64,000 bases of DNA from an archaeon (GTDB taxonomy: Archaea > Nanobdellota > Nanobdellia > Pacearchaeales > GW2011-AR1), in contig JABHLR010000008.1 of NCBI GenBank assembly GCA_018693315.1, positions 42,472 through 106,471 of the forward strand. Reading direction: 5' to 3'. The notes beneath the pieces were generated by a model. The model was not told the origin of the DNA, did not search any database, and saw nothing but the letters and a program-made list of their open reading frames with translations. Positions 54,314 through 62,436 of the stretch are shown here, one piece after another. The position numbers and the translations under genes are program-made. How positions within the stretch are numbered: position 1 is the stretch's first letter; each line of letters begins with the position of its first letter.

Positions 54314-54593
54314 GCCTTCGGCTCGGGATAAGCGGAGATATTTTTTGGTTCGGGCTAGTAATGTGAAAGTTGAGGCTGCGATTTTAGAATATGTTGGAGT
54401 TTTGGGTTTTGCTAAGTCGGCTTATATGTATGTTAAAGCCCTCAACGGGCATGACTCTGGTGAGCCTAAATCTGGGAAATATACTATTGGGAGTTGTTTG
54501 GTGAAGTCGCTGGATGATGTTCGGGCGGCGTTGGCTTTTGAGGGGATTAAGATTGAGAAGGTTTCTGGGACTCTGAAGGGGCTTGGAGTTTAG
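54282..54593 (+). CDS. RNase P protein component Pop5 (Rnp2)
   Basis: KLKPSARDKRRYFLV N-terminus and ...KVSGTLKGL C-terminus, as in archaeal Pop5. It overlaps the protease 3' end by 32 nt. Confidence 0.7.
   Translation: MVGKVKRLKLKPSARDKRRYFLVRASNVKVEAAILEYVGVLGFAKSAYMYVKALNGHDSGEPKSGKYTIGSCLVKSLDDVRAALAFEGIKIEKVSGTLKGLGV
54437..54466 (+). repeat. 30-nt interspersed element, copy B (inside pop5)
   Basis: agccctcAAcgggcatgactctggtgagcc matches 13117-13146 at 28 of 30 positions, in the same frame. Confidence 0.85.
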
Positions 54594-54602
54594 GACAATA
54601 AA

Positions 54603-54613
54603 GCTTATTAAGG
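54603..54613 (+). promoter_or_regulatory. TATA-like box for psmA
   Basis: GCTTATTAAGG is centred 25 nt upstream of ATG 54633. Confidence 0.45.
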
Positions 54614-54632
54614 GAGTTTTTGAATTTATTAT

Positions 54633-55340
54633 ATGGAAGACATACAGCATCAGCAAATGGGGTATGATCGGGCTGCGACTATGTTTGCGCCGGATGGTCA
54701 TATTTTGCAGGTAGAGTACGCGGAGAAGACGATTAGGCTTGGTTCTGCTTCTATTGGGATTGTTTGTAAGGATTCTGTTGTGATTGTTGCTGACCGGAGA
54801 CAGAAGGATGTTTTGTTGGTTGAGGAATCTGCTAATAGGATTAATGAGATTGATGAGCATATTGTTGTTGTTTTTGCTGGGATTACTAGTGACGCGAGGG
54901 TTTTGATTGAGAAGGCTCGTGTGCTTGCTCAGCAGCATAGGGTGACTTTTGATTCGGCTCCGAATACTGAATCTATTGTTCGGGATATTGCGGATGTGAA
55001 GCAGCAGTTTACGCAGTATGGTGGGGCTCGTCCTTTTGGCGTTTCTATGATGTTTGCTGGAATTAATGGTAAGCCTGTTTTGTATACGACTGATATTACT
55101 GGAAATTATTTGATGTATAAGGCAAATGCGATTGGGGAGAATGATGAGAAGTTGAGGAATGTTTTGAGAGAGAAATATCGGGACGGATTAACTAGTGACG
55201 AGGGAATTAAGTTGGCCTTGGAAATTTTTAAGGAAGTTCAGGGAGATGATTTTAATATTGAGAGATTTGATGCTGGGATTTTGAGTGAGGTTGAGGGGAA
55301 GGCTCGGATTGTGAAGAAGAGTGGAAATGAATTAGCTTAA
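54633..55340 (+). CDS. psmA: proteasome subunit alpha
   Basis: GYDRAATMFAPDGHILQVEYAEK signature. Confidence 0.93.
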   Translation: MEDIQHQQMGYDRAATMFAPDGHILQVEYAEKTIRLGSASIGIVCKDSVVIVADRRQKDVLLVEESANRINEIDEHIVVVFAGITSDARVLIEKARVLAQQHRVTFDSAPNTESIVRDIADVKQQFTQYGGARPFGVSMMFAGINGKPVLYTTDITGNYLMYKANAIGENDEKLRNVLREKYRDGLTSDEGIKLALEIFKEVQGDDFNIERFDAGILSEVEGKARIVKKSGNELA

Positions 55341-55370
55341 TTATTTAAAGATTGGATTATTATATTTAAC

Positions 55371-56039
55371 ATGGCACAAACAACTGCGCGAGTTACAAAG
55401 GGTGGGAAGCATTATGAGGTTCTTGTAGATTTGGACGAGGCAATGAAAGTTCGGAAGGGGGAGGGAAATATTAATGCTGCTGTTTTGACTGATGCGATTT
55501 TTCATAATTTGAAAAGTGGTGAGCATGTTTCGGATATTGATTTGAAGAATAATTTTGGGACGACTGAGATGATTGAGGTTGCTGAGAAAATTATTAAGGG
55601 TGGCGAGGTTGTGCGGACTGCGGAGTCGATGAAGGCTGATACTGATGTGAAGTATAAGCAGGTTGTTGATTTTATGGTGAGTCATGCCGTGAGTCCTGAG
55701 GGTCGGCCGTATACTCCTGATAGGATTATGAAAGCTTTGAGCGAGGCTCATGTTAATGTTAAGAATAAGCCGATTGAGTCTCAGGTTGATGATATTATTG
55801 ATCAGTTATCGAAGGTGTTGCCGCTTAAGATTGAAAGGAAGAAAGTTAAGTTGTTGATTCCGGCTTTGCATACTGGGAAGGCTTATGGGATTATTAAGGA
55901 GTTTATGGTTCAGGAAAGTTGGAAGAATAATGGGGATTTGGAAGTTGTTGTTGAGATGCCGACTGCTTTGACTTTTGATTTTTATGATAGGATTAATTCT
56001 GCTACTTCTGGGTCTGTTATGAGTGAGGAATTGAAGTAG
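55371..56039 (+). CDS. SBDS-family ribosome maturation protein
   Basis: ARVTKGGKHYEVLVDLDEAMKVRKGEG... and the conserved position before rrp4. Confidence 0.88.
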   Translation: MAQTTARVTKGGKHYEVLVDLDEAMKVRKGEGNINAAVLTDAIFHNLKSGEHVSDIDLKNNFGTTEMIEVAEKIIKGGEVVRTAESMKADTDVKYKQVVDFMVSHAVSPEGRPYTPDRIMKALSEAHVNVKNKPIESQVDDIIDQLSKVLPLKIERKKVKLLIPALHTGKAYGIIKEFMVQESWKNNGDLEVVVEMPTALTFDFYDRINSATSGSVMSEELK

Positions 56040-56139
56040 AAAACTTTATAAACCGTTTTTTTCTAAAATGATTAAGAGAAAAAATATTGGGCGCCAATGG
56101 GTGCTGAGAACGCATTATTGATTATCTTGAACAAACAAA

Positions 56140-56838
56140 ATGGTTAAAGAAAAAAGAAACATTGTAACTCCTGGAGAGACGATAGTATCTGGAAATGAAT
56201 TTTTGCCTGGTGACGGTGCTTACCGAGATGGCGAGGATATTGTTGCTGGTCAGTATGGTATTGCTATTGTTGCTGAGAAGCATGTAAGAGTTGTTCCTGT
56301 TAGTGGTGCTTATTACCCTAAGAGAGGAAATTCTATTATTGGAACTATTGTTGATATTACATTTAATGGATGGTTGATCGATTTTGGCGGAGCACAGAAT
56401 GCTTTCTTGCCAGTGAGTGAAGTTCCTATGTATGTTAACAAGAATGAGATGAGGGAATTTTTGGATTTTGGTGAATCTGTTATTGTTAAGGTTTGGGATG
56501 TTAAGTCTCGAGGCGTTGATTTGTCTATGAAGATGAGAGGCTTTGGTAAGATCGAGGGTGGAATGATTATCTCCGTTGGACCGAACAAGGTTCCAAGAAT
56601 TATTGGGAAGGAAGGAAGTATGGTTAAGTTGATTAAAGGTGCTACTGGATGTGACGTAACTGTTGGACAGAATGGTAAGGTTTGGATTTCTGGAAAGGAT
56701 GCTAATATGGAAGTTGCTACCAAGAAGATTGTTGAATTTATTGCTGATAACGCTGTTACTATGGGATTGACTGGAATGGTTGAAAAGTTTATTAAGGACA
56801 TGGGACTGAAAGTTGCAGCAACGGAGGCTAAAGAATAA
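56140..56838 (+). CDS. rrp4: exosome RNA-binding subunit Rrp4
   Basis: VTPGETI N-terminal domain, S1 domain (GNSIIGTIVDITFNGWLIDFG), KH domain (VPRIIGKEGSMVKLI). Confidence 0.88.
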   Translation: MVKEKRNIVTPGETIVSGNEFLPGDGAYRDGEDIVAGQYGIAIVAEKHVRVVPVSGAYYPKRGNSIIGTIVDITFNGWLIDFGGAQNAFLPVSEVPMYVNKNEMREFLDFGESVIVKVWDVKSRGVDLSMKMRGFGKIEGGMIISVGPNKVPRIIGKEGSMVKLIKGATGCDVTVGQNGKVWISGKDANMEVATKKIVEFIADNAVTMGLTGMVEKFIKDMGLKVAATEAKE

Positions 56839-57554
56839 TGGCAAAGAATATTTATACAAAGCGAGACGATGGTCGAAAGATGACTGAAGTTAGACCTATG
56901 ACTGCTAAGGTTGGAATTGTTCCTTCAGCTGATGGATCTGCTAGTTTTGAAACTGGAAAGACTAAAGCTATCGCTGTTGTTCGAGGTCCAAGGACTTTAC
57001 ATCCGCAGCATATGCAGAATGCTAAGACTGGAATTTTGAGAGTTAATTATGGTATGATGCCGTTTTCTGTTGAGGATAGGATTAGGCCTGGACCGAACAG
57101 AAGGAGTGAGGAAATTTCTAAGGTAACTGAATGGGCTTTGAATTCCGTTGTTGATTTGACTGGATTCCCGAATACTGTTGTTGATGTTTTTATTCAAATT
57201 CCGCAGGCTGATGCTGGTACTAGAGTTGCTGGTATTAACGCTGCTGCTATGGCTTTGGCTCATGCTGGACTTCCTATGAAGCAGATGGTTTCGGCTATTG
57301 GTGTTGGTAAGATTGATCAGACTTTGGTTGTTGATTTGGATAAGTTTGAAGATTCTGAATTTCATGATGGTGAGGGTTCTACTGATATTCCTATTGTTTT
57401 GACTTCGAGAACTAAGGAGATTGCTTTGTTGCAACTTGATGGAAAGATTTCTGTTGATGAGTTTAAGGAAGTTATCGAGATGGGTAAGGTTGCTTGTGAT
57501 GATATTTTGAAAGTTCAAATGGAAGCTTTGAAGAATGGAGGGAAAGATGAGTAA
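56838..57554 (+). CDS. rrp41: exosome catalytic subunit Rrp41
   Basis: RDDGRKMTEVRPMTAKVGIVPSADGSASFETGKTKAIAVVRGP (RNase PH fold). TAATG overlap with rrp4. Confidence 0.9.
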   Translation: MAKNIYTKRDDGRKMTEVRPMTAKVGIVPSADGSASFETGKTKAIAVVRGPRTLHPQHMQNAKTGILRVNYGMMPFSVEDRIRPGPNRRSEEISKVTEWALNSVVDLTGFPNTVVDVFIQIPQADAGTRVAGINAAAMALAHAGLPMKQMVSAIGVGKIDQTLVVDLDKFEDSEFHDGEGSTDIPIVLTSRTKEIALLQLDGKISVDEFKEVIEMGKVACDDILKVQMEALKNGGKDE

Positions 57555-58371
57555 ATTCATTATGCCTAACTTGCAGAAGGAAGCAATTGAGAATCTTTTG
57601 AATAAAGAAGGAAAGAGACTTGATGGTCGAAATGCTGATGAGTATAGAGAGCTTTTTGTTGAGGATGGTATTAGTAAGAATTCGGCGAGTGCTATTCGTG
57701 TTAGATTTGGAAAGACTGAGGTTTTGGCTGGTGTTCATTTGGCTTTAGCTACTCCTTATCCTGATTCACCTGATCAAGGAACTTTCATGACTAGTGCTGA
57801 GATGCATCCTATGGCTTCGCAACAGTTTGATATTGGAAGGCCTGGAATTAATGCGATTGAATTGGCTCGAGTAATTGACAGAGGAATTCGAGAGTCTGGT
57901 TTTATTGATATGAAGAAATTATGTATTAAGGAAGGCGAGAAGGTTTACCAGGTTTTTGTTGATATTGTTGCTATTAATGATGATGGGAACTTGTTGGACG
58001 TTGCTGGACTTGCTGCTATAATTGCTTTGGGTAAGGCTCGAATGCCGATATACAACGAGAAAGAAGATAAGATTGATGGATACAGCGAGACTGAGAGGAT
58101 TCCTTTGGAGAAAGATGTTTTGTCTTACAGTATGACTTTGCATAAGGTTGGTGATAAGATTGTTGCTGATGTTAGCAAGGAAGAGGAAGAGATTTCGAAG
58201 TTTAGATTAACTATTGCTATGGGAGACAATGCTGGTAAACCGAGGATTACTGCTATGCAGAAGGGTAAGGCTGGAACTATTAATACTGAGGATATGGAAA
58301 CAATTTTAAAGCTTGCTGAATCTAAATGGACAGAGATGTTCCCTAAGGTTAAGGAACATGTCTTCGGATAA
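57535..58371 (+). CDS. rrp42: exosome subunit Rrp42
   Basis: RLDGRNADEYREL...GKTEVLAGVHL... (RNase PH-like). The start could be ATG 57547. Confidence 0.88.
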   Translation: MEGKMSKFIMPNLQKEAIENLLNKEGKRLDGRNADEYRELFVEDGISKNSASAIRVRFGKTEVLAGVHLALATPYPDSPDQGTFMTSAEMHPMASQQFDIGRPGINAIELARVIDRGIRESGFIDMKKLCIKEGEKVYQVFVDIVAINDDGNLLDVAGLAAIIALGKARMPIYNEKEDKIDGYSETERIPLEKDVLSYSMTLHKVGDKIVADVSKEEEEISKFRLTIAMGDNAGKPRITAMQKGKAGTINTEDMETILKLAESKWTEMFPKVKEHVFG

Positions 58372-58372
58372 G

Positions 58373-58768
58373 ATGGTTGAAGCAAAAGAATTTTCTAAGT
58401 ATGAGAGAGCTAGAATTATTGGAGCTCGTGGTTTGCAGATTTCTATGGATGCACCCTTGTTGGTTGATATGAAGGAAGAGGATTTGGATGGTGTTAATTA
58501 CGATCCTTTGAGAATTGCTGAGAAAGAATTGGATAGTGGTGTTTTGCCGATTTCTGTTAATAAGCCAATGCCTGAGAAAAAGGAAGAATCTATTGAGAAG
58601 ATTAAGATTGAAGAGAGTAAAGTTTCTGATGCGGCTAAAGAAGCTGCTGAGAAAGCTGAGGAAAAAGACATTGCTGCTGGCGGAGAGATGATGGAATTGG
58701 CAGATTCTGGCGAGGAACCTGAAGCTAGTGAAGCTGTTACGACTGAGAAGCCTGCGGAATTGGAATAG
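58373..58768 (+). CDS. rpoK: DNA-directed RNA polymerase subunit K (Rpo6) with acidic C-terminal extension
   Basis: FSKYERARIIGARGLQISMDAP...DPLRIAEKELDSGVLPI. An alternative start is ATG 58358; track start 58313 is unlikely. Confidence 0.85.
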   Translation: MVEAKEFSKYERARIIGARGLQISMDAPLLVDMKEEDLDGVNYDPLRIAEKELDSGVLPISVNKPMPEKKEESIEKIKIEESKVSDAAKEAAEKAEEKDIAAGGEMMELADSGEEPEASEAVTTEKPAELE

Positions 58769-58779
58769 ATTTATTAATG
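58768..58779 (+). promoter_or_regulatory. TATA-like box for eno
   Basis: GATTTATTAATG is centred about 26 nt upstream of ATG 58799. Confidence 0.4.
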
Positions 58780-58798
58780 TTCTTTTAGTTTTATTGTT

Positions 58799-60022
58799 AT
58801 GTTTATTAAAGAAGTGGTGCCTAGCTTTGTGAAGAATTCGCGTGGTGAGAAATCTGTGCAGATTGAGGTTGTGACTTATGAGGGGCGGTTTAAGTGTTCT
58901 GCTCCGTCGGGGAAGTCGACCGGGAAGGCTGAGGTTGTGAGTTATCACGAGAAGGGGATCGGGCATAGTATGAAGATGTTGAAGGCGTTTTGTCCGAAGC
59001 TGAAGCATGAGAATTTTATTATTAAGAAAGTTGACGATTTGAAAGCGATGACTAATTTGATGAGGAAGTTTGAGGTTAAGTTGGGGAAATTTGGTGGGAA
59101 TGTTAATTATGCGATGGAGGGTGCTTTTTTGAGGGCGGCTGCTGCGGATAATGGGAAGGAGTTGTGGAAATTTATTAACGATGATGTGAATGATGGGTTG
59201 CGACCGAAAATGCCGATGCCTGTTGGGAATTGTATTGGCGGGGGATTGCATTCGAAGACAATTAAGGGAAAGAAGCCTGACTTTCAGGAATTTTTGTTGA
59301 TACCGAAAGAGAAAACTTTTTCCAGAGCTGTGACTGTAAATTTGAGAGGTTATGATTATGCTCGGAAGTTGTTGAAGAAGAGGCAGGAGCATTGGACTGT
59401 GAAGCGAAGTGATGAGGGGCCTTGGATGACGTCGTTGACGAATGAAGATGTGTTGGGAATTATGAAAGATGTTGCTAAGAAATATAAGTTGAGGATTGGG
59501 TTGGATATTGCGGCTTCGAGTTTTTATGGTGGGGGTTATTATCGGTATAAGAATAAGGAGTTGATTCGGGATAAGGTTGATCAGGCAGATTATATTGAGA
59601 GACTTGTGAAGAAGTTTGGGATTTTTTATGTTGAGGATGGAATGCATGAGAATGATTTTGGTGGATTTAAGGAAGTTTTGAATAATGTTTCGAAGAAGAC
59701 TTTGATTGTTGGTGATGATTTGACGACGACGAATTTGAAAAGGGTGCGGCGGGCTGTCGAGGGGAAAACGATTAATGCGATGATAATTAAGCCGAATCAG
59801 ATTGGTTCGATTTTGGAGGTTAAGAAAGTTGTTGAGCTTTGTAAGAGGAATGACGTTAAGATGATTTTTTCGCATAGGTCTGGTGAGACGATGGATGATA
59901 TTCTTGCGGATTATTGTGTTGGGTTTGGTGGGCAGTTTATTAAGTGTGGGATTTTTGGTAGGGAGAGATTGATTAAGTTGAAGCGGATTATGGATATAGA
60001 ACGAACGCTTTTGCGTTCGTAG
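58799..60022 (+). CDS. eno: enolase
   Basis: SRGEKSVQIEV, GDDLTTTN, IKPNQIGS, SHRSGET. Confidence 0.9.
   Translation: MFIKEVVPSFVKNSRGEKSVQIEVVTYEGRFKCSAPSGKSTGKAEVVSYHEKGIGHSMKMLKAFCPKLKHENFIIKKVDDLKAMTNLMRKFEVKLGKFGGNVNYAMEGAFLRAAAADNGKELWKFINDDVNDGLRPKMPMPVGNCIGGGLHSKTIKGKKPDFQEFLLIPKEKTFSRAVTVNLRGYDYARKLLKKRQEHWTVKRSDEGPWMTSLTNEDVLGIMKDVAKKYKLRIGLDIAASSFYGGGYYRYKNKELIRDKVDQADYIERLVKKFGIFYVEDGMHENDFGGFKEVLNNVSKKTLIVGDDLTTTNLKRVRRAVEGKTINAMIIKPNQIGSILEVKKVVELCKRNDVKMIFSHRSGETMDDILADYCVGFGGQFIKCGIFGRERLIKLKRIMDIERTLLRS
60001..60020 (+). other. 8-bp perfect hairpin overlapping the eno stop
   Basis: acgaacgc-tttt-gcgttcgt. Confidence 0.7.
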
Positions 60023-60025
60023 AGG

Positions 60026-60064
60026 GTAGAACACCTTCGGCTGTAGAACGCTTCGCTGTAGAAC
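60026..60064 (+). repeat. three direct GTAGAAC repeats (spacing 17 and 15 nt), each followed by a CTTCG-containing mini-hairpin
   Basis: GTAGAACaccttcggctGTAGAACgcttcgctGTAGAACtagggcttcgccc. Confidence 0.8.
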
Positions 60065-60092
60065 TAGGGCTTCGCCCGAGAGGGTAAATAAA

Positions 60093-60863
60093 ATGGTAAA
60101 AATGAAGAATCAAAAAATTTGTGAAGAAATACGAAAGGTATTATCTGGAGAAAAGGAAGTACTTGCTATTTTTAATAATGGGTCTTCTGTTGTTGGGCTA
60201 GATACTCTAGGTTCAGATGTGGACTTTGTAGCGATTCTTAAAAAAGGGGAGGATGAGAAAAGAGTTCTTAAGATTCTTAGGAAAACTTTTAGAACATTCA
60301 AGAATGAGGAAAATCCGGAAGTAGATGTGGAGGAACAGTTTGATGTTTTTGGGAGAAGGGCAGATGTTACATTTATTTCCCTTAAGGATATGGAAAATAA
60401 AATCAATAGTTTTTATAAAAAGAAAGAAAATCTGTTGGAGCTTCAACATTTTATTAAGCATAAAATTATTGATTCTGTTGCAGTTTATGATCCGGGCAAG
60501 TTTCTGGTTAAATGGAAAAAAGAAATTGAAAGGTATCCGAAAAAGATATTTGATGAAGTTTTTAATTATTCCATTAAGTCAATAAAGGAGAACCTATTTT
60601 ACTGGAAGCATCACCAGTTTAGAAATGAGTTTCAGTTTTGTTTTGAGGAGTGGGAAATGATTGAACCGATTTGCCGGGCAATCTATGCAAAAAATAGAAC
60701 TTTGTTTATGCTTCCCTATAAGCGTCTCAGTACTGATTTGAAAATGTTTAAGCCGAATATTGAAAAGGAAATGTATGGGTTGATAAAGGGAACTAATACT
60801 CCTACAATAATAAAGAAAAAGATTAAGATTGTTGAAAGGATCTTGGATAAATTGGAGGAGTGA
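60093..60863 (+). CDS. Pol-beta-superfamily nucleotidyltransferase (KNTase/ANT-like)
   Basis: GSSVVGLDTLGSDVDFVAIL (GSx10-12[DE]xD) plus a helical C-terminal domain. The gene is A-rich even though it lies on the plus strand. Confidence 0.65.
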   Translation: MVKMKNQKICEEIRKVLSGEKEVLAIFNNGSSVVGLDTLGSDVDFVAILKKGEDEKRVLKILRKTFRTFKNEENPEVDVEEQFDVFGRRADVTFISLKDMENKINSFYKKKENLLELQHFIKHKIIDSVAVYDPGKFLVKWKKEIERYPKKIFDEVFNYSIKSIKENLFYWKHHQFRNEFQFCFEEWEMIEPICRAIYAKNRTLFMLPYKRLSTDLKMFKPNIEKEMYGLIKGTNTPTIIKKKIKIVERILDKLEE

Positions 60864-60864
60864 A

Positions 60865-61239
60865 ATGAAAGTGTTATGTATCTGTGCGAGGGGGATGAAT
60901 CGGAGTAGGTATTTGGCTAAGTATCTTCGAGGGAAGGGATATTCTACGAAGTGGGGTGGGGTGGAGCCTTTTGAAAAACCTGAATGGAAATGGAATCCGG
61001 TTTCGCAGGATAAGGTTGATTGGGCGGAAGTTATTATAATTGTGAGGAAGAGAGTTGGTAAATTATTTAAGAATAAATTTAAGACAAAAGGTAAGAAAGT
61101 AATTGTTTTTGATGTTTCGGATTCTCAGAGGTTGGCGCCGGAGGAGTTTAGGAATTTATCGTTTGATGAATTTCAGAAGAAATGGACTCGCCCTCAATTG
61201 AGAAAAGCGATTAAACCCTTTTTGCCGTTGGGAAAATGA
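60865..61239 (+). CDS. low-molecular-weight phosphatase-like protein (CX5R P-loop)
   Basis: MKVLCICARGMNRSR (C-ARGMN-R-S). GGAGGAG lies 5 nt upstream of ATG 60865. The track start 60829 is rejected. Confidence 0.55.
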   Translation: MKVLCICARGMNRSRYLAKYLRGKGYSTKWGGVEPFEKPEWKWNPVSQDKVDWAEVIIIVRKRVGKLFKNKFKTKGKKVIVFDVSDSQRLAPEEFRNLSFDEFQKKWTRPQLRKAIKPFLPLGK

Positions 61240-61355
61240 AAATAAGTCCTATGTTTGCGTGGTATGATTTTTGGGTCGGATTATTTTGAGATAAGAAGAA
61301 AAGGGTTTTGTATTTTTTTCCGGTTCCGATGTTTGGGTTGAAGATAGATCTTTGA
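61236..61355 (+). pseudogene. 39-codon ORF interrupted by one in-frame TGA
   Basis: [38 protein letters not shown]. The ATG overlaps the preceding TGA (aATGa). Confidence 0.4.
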
Positions 61356-61491
61356 GAATTAATTTATATGCTTGAGTATATATGTTGGTTTTACCCTAAG
61401 CTTTAAATAGTCAAATTTCTGTTTAGTTATACGTATCGGGTGCGGGGCTTGGAAACAAGTAGTAGCGTTTACTCCTGGGCGGAATTATAAT

Positions 61492-62394
61492 ATGGTTACA
61501 AATGATGAAATAAATATTGAAGAATCTGTTGTAGCTGAGACTCAAAATCTAGATAAACAAGGGGAGAAGAAGCCTGATAAAACGAAAAAAACGTCAAGCG
61601 TTAGCGATGGCGATAAGAAAGAAGATCAGACGATTTTGACTCCTCTTGAAGATTATATTAAGACTGCCTCGTATTTGGGGACTAAGGTTATTACACCGAC
61701 GATGAGGAAGTATGTTTATCGAAGGAGATTGGATGGGCTTGCGATTTTAAATACGCTTTTGGTTGATAAGAAGTTGGCTGAGGGAATTGATTTTATTAAG
61801 CAGTATAAGCCTGATGAGTGGACTTTGGTTTGCAAGAGAGAGGCTGGGTGGAGAGCTGCTAAGATGTTTGCTGAGTTAACTGGTGTTAGAATTTTTACGA
61901 AGAAATATCCTTCAGGTGTTTTGACTAATACTGTTTTGGATAATTTTATTGAGACTAAGATGATTGTGATTTGTGATCCGTGGTTGGACAAGAATGCTTT
62001 GGCTGATGCTAAGAATATTAGGATTCCTGTTGCTGCTGTTTGTGATACTAATAATCATACTGCGGATGTTGATGTTGTTATGATCGGGAATAATAAGTCG
62101 AATAAATCTATGGGATTGTTTTTCTGGTTGATGGCTAGGGAATATATGAAGGCGCATGATATTGATAAGCCGTTGCCTAGTTTGGAAGACTTTGTTGGTG
62201 AGCAATTAGTTCTTGAAGAGCCTCGAAAGAAGAAGGCGGCTAGGGAAAAGAAAGAAGCTGACTTGAAAACTGGTGAATCTGCTATTGAAGAGAAGATGAG
62301 GGCTTTGGCTGAGAAGGCTGACGAGGAAGTTAAGGGTGGAGCTGTCGAAGAGGAAAGTGTTAGTGTTGGCGAAGGTGCTGAGCAGGGTGTTTAA
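61492..62394 (+). CDS. rps2: 30S ribosomal protein S2 (uS2) with about 50-aa N-terminal and acidic C-terminal extensions
   Basis: YLGTKVITPTMRKYVYRRRLDGLAILN...ICDPWLDKNALADAKNIRIPVAAVCDTNN. Confidence 0.9.
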   Translation: MVTNDEINIEESVVAETQNLDKQGEKKPDKTKKTSSVSDGDKKEDQTILTPLEDYIKTASYLGTKVITPTMRKYVYRRRLDGLAILNTLLVDKKLAEGIDFIKQYKPDEWTLVCKREAGWRAAKMFAELTGVRIFTKKYPSGVLTNTVLDNFIETKMIVICDPWLDKNALADAKNIRIPVAAVCDTNNHTADVDVVMIGNNKSNKSMGLFFWLMAREYMKAHDIDKPLPSLEDFVGEQLVLEEPRKKKAAREKKEADLKTGESAIEEKMRALAEKADEEVKGGAVEEESVSVGEGAEQGV

Positions 62395-62436
62395 TTCTGG
62401 GAAATATTTATATAGTATATATTGTTAACAATTGGC

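Noticed and set aside
55679-55706. Third (inverted) copy of the 30-nt element in SBDS (shares gagtcatgcc ... gaggg), and a partial match in aroE (12136-12160, shares caccagagtc).
   Set aside because: Only 10-mer matches are present, which is expected by chance at this scale. Both lie in residues that look native to conserved protein blocks.
60026-60064. Possible CRISPR array (GTAGAAC repeats), and CRISPR arrays anywhere in the window.
   Set aside because: The repeats are only 7 nt with 8-10-nt spacers and there are three copies. No 24-40-nt repeat/spacer periodicity and no cas genes were seen anywhere.
61287-61289. Genome-wide UGA=Trp (or other) recoding, suggested by the in-frame TGA of the mini-ORF.
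   Set aside because: Many well-defined genes here terminate at TGA (for example 3214-3216, 27523-27525, 61237-61239). No conserved gene needs an internal TGA. A single mutation is the simpler explanation.
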